Source: Octopus vulgaris
Lineage: Eukaryota
Direction: 5' to 3'
Assembly (NCBI GenBank): GCA_951406725.2
Contig: OX597819.1
Location: 113,274,001 to 113,338,000, forward strand
Length of the DNA stretch: 64,000 nucleotides
The first letter of the stretch is position 1. Every line of letters begins with the position of its first letter. Below are positions 54,802 through 64,000 of the stretch, piece by piece. The notes under the pieces were generated by a model. It worked only from the letters and a program-made list of their open reading frames with translations, did no database searches and was not told the origin of the DNA. The translations under genes were made by a program, and so were the position numbers.

Positions 54802-55076
54802 GCTGTAAGAAGATGGTTGAGCAATAGTTAATTTAGATAGGATACAAAATAGAGAGTGAGGTAGAGGAATGAAAATAGATGTGAGATATGCAGAGATATG
54901 TATTTGTAGCTCCATTATTTAGGCAGAATGGTATACATATAAGATTCCAGTACCTTTTGAGTAACCATTACCTCTCATAACCGCCTATATATATATATGT
55001 ATAAATATATACAGATACATGCATTTATAGAGAGATACATGCCTATGTGCGTGTGCGTGTAGATATATATGTATAA

Positions 55077-55155
<79 letters not shown>

Positions 55156-55904
55156 GTATATATATAATGAGAGAGAAAGAGAAAGTGATTGAGTGAGAAA
55201 ATGTATTTTGTATGTAGTATGAGGGGAGGAGCTAACGTTTTCGCCATTAACTCTCAAATAATCGACCCAACGGCATTATCGTCGAGAGTTATCAACTATT
55301 AAACAAACATAAAGTCTAGCAAGCAAATAAACAGACACAAACAACAGAACGAATAAATAAATAAAATAAATAAAAGAACAGAATAGAATCAATAAAAATA
55401 AAATAAACTGTAAAGATAGACTAAATCTTTAACTCTTAGCTCTTTCACTACCACCCGCTCCACCTTCGTACGTTCCTATGAAATGGTTTATAGCTGTAGT
55501 GTTATCGGATCATCTCTTACATACAGATCAATACCCGTGGGGCATGTACCATTTTTAGGTACCCAGCAAAGTTTTCATTTGATACAAAAACGAAAACAAG
55601 AACAACGAAAATATCAAAAGTAGAAACGGAATATTTTAATAGCAGAAAAAGCAAAAAAAAAAAAAAAAAAAAAGAAAAAAGAAAACGTAAAAGGAAAGAA
55701 AACGATGGCGGATGTGACATGTTGATTATGGCGCTGAGAAACAGTTTGAATTTATCTGGTATGTTTTCGAACATGTCTGTATATGTGTGTTGTGTTTTTG
55801 TATTTCTCTTGTGTTTGATTGTCTGTCTATGCGTGTGTATGTCGGGCTTGTATCTTTCTTTGAGGCATAAATATCTGTACACAAATATTTGTATATAGCT
55901 ATGT

Positions 55905-56480
<576 letters not shown>

Positions 56481-56494
56481 TATATTTATGTACG

Positions 56495-58400
56495 TAAGTA
56501 TCTTCCTCTGGTTTTATTTTTCAAATTTCTCACCAATAAAGAACCGGTTTCTAACCAAGAAACAAGATTCTTTCATTGGAATTTAGACACCAAGTTGGAA
56601 GTCATATATGCAAGTATGCATGTACGCGTCTTCACATGTATTCACGTTTGCAAGTATAAATGTTATTGCTTTACACGATTGAATCTGTGTTGTAACATAT
56701 GTATGTGTAAATATATATATATATGTTTGCTTGCCAACATATGCGTGTGTATGTACTTATGACGTGCTAAACTTCTAGAACATTTTACATATTTTCAAAC
56801 TGATTTTAATGGCTTGCAACAGTAATTTCCTAATTATCCATATCCTTTCTGTGTGGCCCAGTTTCTCATGATTGCAGCTAAGAAACTTAGTTACACATCC
56901 AAGCGCTCCAATAATTAAAAGTATAAATTTATACAGTGAAATATCTATAAACTTCCCATCAGTTCAGCATAGGTGTTTTCATCTTTACTAATCTGAACAG
57001 AGAAGGCGCGTGGCCTAATGGTTATCGTGTTAGATGCATACTTTTGTGATCATGGTGTCGATTCCCAGATCAGGTGGTGAATTTTGTTCTTGAGCAGAAC
57101 ACTTTATTTCATATGATCTTCGATCATTTCGCTATTTGACTTGTAATACGCCATGCACCTGTAGAGGCAACGCTGATTTGAAGGAGAGAATGAGCCGAAG
57201 TGCGACACAGACATTTTATCACTATGAGCAAACCCTCTGTGTAGGTTGTTCAGTAAGACATTGCGGAACCCCCATCTTTTATTTATGACAGTAGAGTCCA
57301 CAGTCAGTAACACAACGTTAACATCTCCTGAGCAGCTGATTTCTTTTATTATGCATACTTTGTTTTGGTCCCAGATCATTATATCTGAGCTATTATGCTA
57401 ATATTTTAATGAGGCTCTGACATGAATATTCGACCTGTATTCTTGCCTGGTATAAGTAATTATGCTCTCGACACCACTGTAACGATCGTTTCTATTAATT
57501 TCATTGTATAATGTTAAGGCTTCACACCGCCACATCAGTGGATAGCAATATGATGACCTGGCGGTCGCTCTGAGTGTTAGTGACATCTTCGATGTTAATT
57601 CTATAAAGCCAGCACCTATTGCCAGGTCTAGATGTTTTACCTGTATTCGTATCAATTTTATGCATCAAGGATTTCGCCGGTACCTCTTATTCCTGGATTG
57701 CAAAAGTTTCTCCTTCAAGATGAAAACTAATATGCTGGTTATTGGTCCCAGATAAACTGCTTTGGTTCTCTCTGTGACTGTCACGCTAAAACTTTTGACA
57801 ACATGGTCCTACATCATCTTTAACTGATAAACAGACAACCTTTCATCGAATAATTCGTTACGGCGAAGTTATGAAAATTCCTGAAATGTCTATCCTTGGT
57901 CATCAGTCGGGGAATGGTTTCCTTGGAGCTCCTTTTCAGCTCTCATAATATTATCTGATTCGTGTAAGCAGTCTTGATTCATGTATATTTTTCAATCGGG
58001 AAATGTTGCCAAAAAGGTATGGTGCGACACTGAAAGCCTGCTTGAAACAAAGCCGAAGTCAAATTTTTGCATCTAGGTATTTAGAGTGAGTCAATATCAC
58101 TTTCAATGTGGCGGTTTCTGGTGTTGATTATAGTTTTCCAGTTAAATAATCGAAATGTGTGAGAACTAATACAACAAACATATTTAGAATTAATCGTTTT
58201 TTAAAATCTTGGACGAGCGTTCTTTCTTACAAGTTCCATCATAGGATATGTTTGTCACCAATCACTAAGTATAGCATTTAAACTTTAAACTATAATGCAG
58301 CTCACCAGATTCACGTTTGTAAATTAAAATAAGCATCAATTATTTGATGTTCTTGCCACCAATACCGCGATTTCAAGGCCACGCACCCACGCAGCTTAGA
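56495..58400 (-). mobile_element. Older R4/Dong-like fragment, interrupted by a SINE at about 57003-57280
   Basis: Reverse translation gives IWDQNKVCIIKEISCSGDVNV, ENTYAEL and IIGALGCVT. The 3' UTR resembles 46330-46420 and ends at (TATG)n. The boundary at the element's 5' end (higher coordinate) is approximate. Confidence 0.65.
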
Positions 58401-59563
58401 GAGAACGTTTCTTTCAGTATATTGTATCTTGACCTTGTTCCTTCCTTCACTTTTATATAATTTTATCGGTATATCCACCCAGGTCAGCGAACTATCAGAG
58501 ACGTTAGGATGTTACATAGAACGCCGAAAGTATTTATTCCGTTTCTCTGCGCTCTGAGTTCAAGCTCCACTGATGTCAACACTGCCTTTCAACCTTTGGA
58601 TGCATGACTGTGGATTGATTAAACTGGTAGAGGGACGAGCGATTTGCCTTTCAATATTGGTCCTGGTTCTCTGCATTCTGAAATGGTTTTTCTCTTGAGT
58701 AAACATCGGAAGACTTGTTTGCATGGGCAACAACAAGTCTTAATTGACCGACGAAGGACCTACCTCCCGCTCCCACCACATATTCTATGTAGCTTCTTTG
58801 TGTACGCTTATTGCATTTGGAGTGGAGGCACGTGGCTTACTGGCTAGGGTGTCAGCATCATGATCGTAAGATTGAGGTTCGATTCCTGGACCGGACGACG
58901 CGTTGTGTTCTTGAGCAAAACACTTCATTTCACGTTGCTCCAATCCACTCAGCTGGTAAAAATGAGTAACGCTGCGGTGGACTGGCGTCCCATCCAGCTG
59001 GAGTACACATACATCACGGAAACCGGGAAACCGGGCCCATGAGCCTGGCTAGGCTTTAAAAAGGGCGCATTTATTTTATATTTTATTATTGCATTTGGAC
59101 TATGGTAGTAGACAATGGATTAACAGAAGAGTGAGAGCGTCGGACAAATACCTAGCTCTTTATGTTCTGAGTTCAAATCCTGCCGAGGTTAACTCCAGCT
59201 TTCACACTGTAATGACCTCTGCCTCTCAAAACCCGTTGGTCACCTCTTTCTCTTCTTTCTCATATGCAAATACATTCTCACATTTTCATGCTTTTTCTCA
59301 CACACACATTCTCTTAGTCTTAATTTTTCTCTCTCTCTTTCTCACTCTTTCTCTCACTCTCTCTTTTTCACACATACATTCCTTCTCATTCTCTCTGTCT
59401 CTCTCACATACACTTTTCTCTCCTCTATCTCTCTTTCATTCTTTCTCCCAGCACACTTCTTCAACAAACAACATTTTTCTATTCCTTTTAATAATCTCTC
59501 AATATGCTTTCTCTCTTCTCTTTCTGTCATATACTCTTTTTCTCTCCCTTTCTTTCTCTCATA

Positions 59564-59610
<47 letters not shown>

Positions 59611-59930
59611 GTCATTTCACTTTCATCTGTTCAATTCTTAACCAACATACATTTCTTCTTCTTCTTCCTCTAACGCTCACTCACTTACAGGCATTCACTC
59701 CCTCTCTTTCTTTCTCTCTCTCTCTCTCTCTCTCAACGCTTTTCTCTTCTCTCTATCTCTAACAGCTTCTCGCTATCATTCATTTTCTCTTTCTCTCTCT
59801 CTCTCTCTCGTTTGCTCTCACTATCTCCCTCTCTTTCTCCCTCTCTCTCCCACTCTCTCCCTGCTCTATTCCTCTCTCTACCTAAAAACCATAAGTTTAA
59901 AAGAAAACTAAAAGGATAGAAAAATGGCAG

Positions 59931-59932
59931 TA

Positions 59933-60030
<98 letters not shown>
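59931..60030 (+). repeat. (GAAA)n microsatellite, followed by a (GGT/GGC)n tract at about 60160-60290
   Basis: Directly visible. Confidence 0.95.
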
Positions 60031-60031
<1 letters not shown>

Positions 60032-60481
60032 GCGGAAAGAGAGTGAATAAACAACGGAAATGGTTTTAGAGGAAACAGAAGGAATATGTTTTTTGTCGAA
60101 TGGTTTTTAAATAAACATCTTCAGTTGAAAAAAACAAACATGCAATTGGCCGTTGTGGCGAGGGCGGCGGCAGTGGCAGTGGTGGGTGGTGGTGGTGGTG
60201 GTTGGTGGCGGTGGTGGCGGTGCCGGTGGTGGCGGTGGTGGTGGTGGCAGTGGTGGCGGTGGTGGTGGTGGTGGTGGCGGTGGCGGAGCGGGGTGTAAAA
60301 ACGCAGCAGGAGAAATTAAACAAAAACAACCGAAAACCGGCAGTGTTTCAGAATTCAATTATTTGAGGACGGAGAGAGAAAGAGAGAGAGGAGAGAGAGA
60401 GAGGGGGGAGAGAGAGAGAAAGGGATACATACATACATACATATATACATACATGCATACATACATACATACATACATACA

Positions 60482-60512
<31 letters not shown>

Positions 60513-60580
60513 GCATACATACATACATATATACTTACATACATACATATGTTATGTATGTTGTATATGTATGTATGTAC

Positions 60581-60620
<40 letters not shown>

Positions 60621-60814
60621 ACACACACACACACACACATATATATACATAGATGTATTGATGCATATATGTATATATGCATAGAGAGGGAGAAAGGGAG
60701 AGGGAGAAGAGGGATGGATAGACAGACAGACAGACAGAAAGAAACATTTTTGGCAAAAGGGCATAACGAGAAAGAAATAATGGAAAATGTCATAACGGAT
60801 TAACACCCGCAACA

Positions 60815-60849
<35 letters not shown>

Positions 60850-60932
60850 ATGTATGTGTGTGTTTGTGTGTGTGTGTGTGTTTGTGTGTGTGCGTGTGCG
60901 TGTAATGTATACACACACGCGCACACACGCAG

Positions 60933-60970
<38 letters not shown>

Positions 60971-60971
<1 letters not shown>

Positions 60972-61123
60972 GGCGCAGGCGTGGGTTTGTGGTAAGAAGC
61001 TTATTTCACAACCACGGGTTCAGTTCCACTGCGTGGCACTTTGGGTAAATGACTCCTACTATAGCCTCGGGCCGAGTAAAGTAGATTCGAAAGACGAAAA
61101 CTGAAGGAAACTCGTTGTGTGTG

Positions 61124-61215
<92 letters not shown>

Positions 61216-61530
61216 CGTGTGTGTATATATATATATATATCTGTGTGTGTGTGTATGCATGCATTATGTATGTATATACATACATGCATATATACATAGA
61301 TATACGGCTGTGTGTGTGTGTTTATGTCTGTGTTTGTCGACCACTACTGCTTGGTAACTGGTTTGGTGTGTTTACGTTCCAGTAAACTTGCGGTTCGACA
61401 AAAGAGATCGATAGAATTAGTGCCAGGCTTTAAAAAATAAGTCCTGGGCTCTACTTGTTTGGCTAAAACCCTTCAAGGCACTGCTCCAGTATGGTCGCAG
61501 TCAAAATGACTGAAACAAGTAAATAATAAA
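60971..61530 (+). mobile_element. SINE family B with expanded internal (TG)n
   Basis: Head GGCGCAGGCGTGG and tail GAAACAAGTAAA. Confidence 0.8.
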
Positions 61531-62057
61531 GAATATATATTGGATGCGAAGATGAGCTGAGAAAACTAATTCAGAATAGCCAATGGTATATATTTGAGCA
61601 GCAGAGATGAATATAGGTCTTTTCAATACCATGCACAATATACTCTTGAACTATTGAAATTATTTCGCTTCGAAGAAATGGTAGAACAATCGTTTGGTGT
61701 CAGATAAGATGAACTTGAAATGAGCAGAGATCATCTCCAGAGCGAAGATTTCTCTGTAATTGACATGCTGTTAAGAAAAACGAAAGAGTCTGACTTTCGG
61801 AAGACAAGAGGATAATTGTGGACAAGCGTTTCTGCCTCAGTAAGCCTCATCATGAGAGACGTCGTCCTATCTTATTTTCAACAAACGGGACTCTTACATA
61901 AAAAGGAATACAACACATTTATGGCTTACGTAATTAGCCTAAAGAAAACGAAAATGAGTTAGAAATATGGTGGGCAGTGGTATATATTTGAACCACAAAA
62001 ATGAATGATTGTACAAGTATCTATATACATATTATTTAGATCTGCATAGTATATACA

Positions 62058-62280
62058 TACGAAGGTTGTGCTGAAAAGTATCTGGCTTTGGGTAAAAGAA
62101 AAGGATCAGTTAGTTAAGATTTTATACAACATATTCCCCTCTCAGATTTGCACACTTATTGCAGCAGCCCTTCAGTTTCTCTAAGCCCTGTAAAAGAACT
62201 CGGAAAGTTGGGCCTCCAACCAGGCTTTTCGCGATACCCTTAAAGCCAGGAACTTTTCAGCACTATCACCCCCACCGTAT
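62058..62280. mobile_element. Mariner-type MITE, second family
   Basis: TACGAAGGTTGTGCTGAAAAGTATCTGGCTTT / AAAGCCAGGAACTTTTCAGCAC TIRs. Confidence 0.65.
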
Positions 62281-62749
62281 ATATAAAACAAATTTAGTAT
62301 AATATGAATAAAAACCTCTTGACATACATTTAATATTTCTTATGTCATTATTTGACTACCGTATATTATCCTACAGTAGGATATATTCGAGGGCTGGATA
62401 CAAATGCGGAACTTCCCTTTGCATAAGATTAATACAAGAATAATATGACAAAGGGACGGGGGATATCAATTCTTTAAAAGTAGAGCACCACATTTGTTTC
62501 CGCGCCACACACCTGCTTTAAGTTGGTGATATTATATTCTTCTATAATGGTATGAATAAAAACTCAGCAACTTAAAGTTGGTGAGCGGTGCAGGAACAAA
62601 TGCTGTGGTCTACTATTAAAGCCTGAAATCCTCCATTCTTGTGCTATATTATTATTATATATGTGTATATGCATATGTATTTACATATATATGCGTTTAG
62701 TGTGTGTATGTAGACTTGTATATATATATATGCGTTTGTTGTGTGTGTG

Positions 62750-62847
<98 letters not shown>

Positions 62848-62903
62848 CTAAAAGACACTTTATTCATTCACCTTCAGTTTCACTTCGAAACGGTTGTAAA
62901 TAA

Positions 62904-62990
62904 GGACCCTGATGAAGCTGTACCGACAATGACACGAGGATGCATACCTAAAAATATGTGGTCGGATGCAGTTGAAACGCGCGTAGGTCC
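62904..62990 (+). ncRNA. Type I hammerhead ribozyme motif with long stem II
   Basis: GGACC CTGATGA AGCTGTACCGAC...GTCGGATGCAGTT GAAA CGCGCG TA GGTCC. Canonical core, stem I GGACC/GGTCC, palindromic ACGCGCGT stem III, GUA triplet. Lies in an approximately 225-bp unique segment between two (TA)n runs. Confidence 0.8.
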
Positions 62991-63065
62991 AGAATAGAAT
63001 GTTGTAAATAACTGTTTGATACAATTATAGATTTGGGAAATCTCCGTTCTCCCTATTATTATTAA

Positions 63066-63122
<57 letters not shown>

Positions 63123-63143
63123 ATGGGAGTGTAAATATTATTT

Positions 63144-63209
<66 letters not shown>

Positions 63210-63497
63210 TAGACGGACAAACAGACAGATATGGTGTAAATATTACTGATTAAAAAATATATTCAATTTCCAGCTAGAAGCGGGAATGGGTAGTTTCATA
63301 TTCGAGTTCCTTCGGAAATTTTTTTATCAAATTATTTATCGATTTACTAATTCAACTCTATATATCAATGCAGAACTATTTTTTTTCGTTTTTTTTTTGA
63401 CATTTCAATCTATGGCCGACTATTTACATATAAGTGTTTATCTACATGCGTGTGTTTGCGTGCGCGCGCATATGTATTTGTACATACCAATCGTACA

Positions 63498-63570
<73 letters not shown>

Positions 63571-64000
63571 GCACACTGACTCGAAAACCACAGTTCGATA
63601 AAATTAGTACCAAGCAAAATAAGTACTGGGTCGGTATGATAGACGAAACTCTTGAAGGCGGACTCCAGCATAGTCACTAGGTAATGTTGGTATCAGAAAA
63701 ATAAGATAAAAATTTCCTTTTTATGTGTGTGTGTATGCGTGTGTGCGTGTGTGTCTGATTCTATGCATGTGTGTGTATGCATATGTATGGTTGTATACAC
63801 AAATATATATATATATATATAATAAATAATATCAGGGTAATAAAAATTATAGAAATTTTTACTACCAGTGGCCTAGCGTACAAGAAAATTAGTCAATAGA
63901 CTAAATATTATTCGTATAAAATACAATGTACATTAAAACACATTAAGAGGCTTCATTCATAGGAATCCATTACGTCAAAACGGTAGAGGAGTAGGGGCCG

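Noticed and set aside
55228-55300. Minus-strand TTGATAA...GAAA with an AACTCTC/GAGAGTT hairpin resembling a hammerhead
   Set aside because: GAAA is not adjacent to stem II and stems I and III do not form properly.
60107-60803. Gly-rich and Pro-rich ORFs
   Set aside because: Built from (GGT/GGC)n, (GA)n and (CATA)n repeats, with no splice or domain support.

Overview
AT-rich, microsatellite-dense eukaryotic genomic DNA. The tRNA-derived SINE families look like those of Octopus (inferred from remembered repeat consensus, not a search). Almost all ORFs in the supplied track are artefacts of simple repeats or SINEs. One real protein-coding gene is visible on the + strand: the last three coding exons (12922-13122, 26880-27009, 37483-37762) of an SBSPON/RPE-spondin-like gene (TSP1 domain plus Cys-rich C-terminal domain ending GFIFV*). 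Its 5' exon(s) were not found in the window. The rest is SINEs (several families), MITEs, a Helitron-like element and decayed LINE, R4/Dong and Tc1/maT fossils. The most notable unannotated signal is a cluster of minimal type I hammerhead ribozyme motifs from three sequence families between 52.8 and 63 kb, all next to (TA)n or (TTA)n microsatellites and typical of Penelope-like elements/retrozymes. One of them has a compensatory U3:A8 core and is duplicated inside a 567-bp near-perfect palindrome. Other points: several foldback hairpins, a SINE-derived 171-bp tandem array with alternating variants, and an orphan minus-strand exon candidate. No ribozyme activity or expression can be shown from sequence alone.
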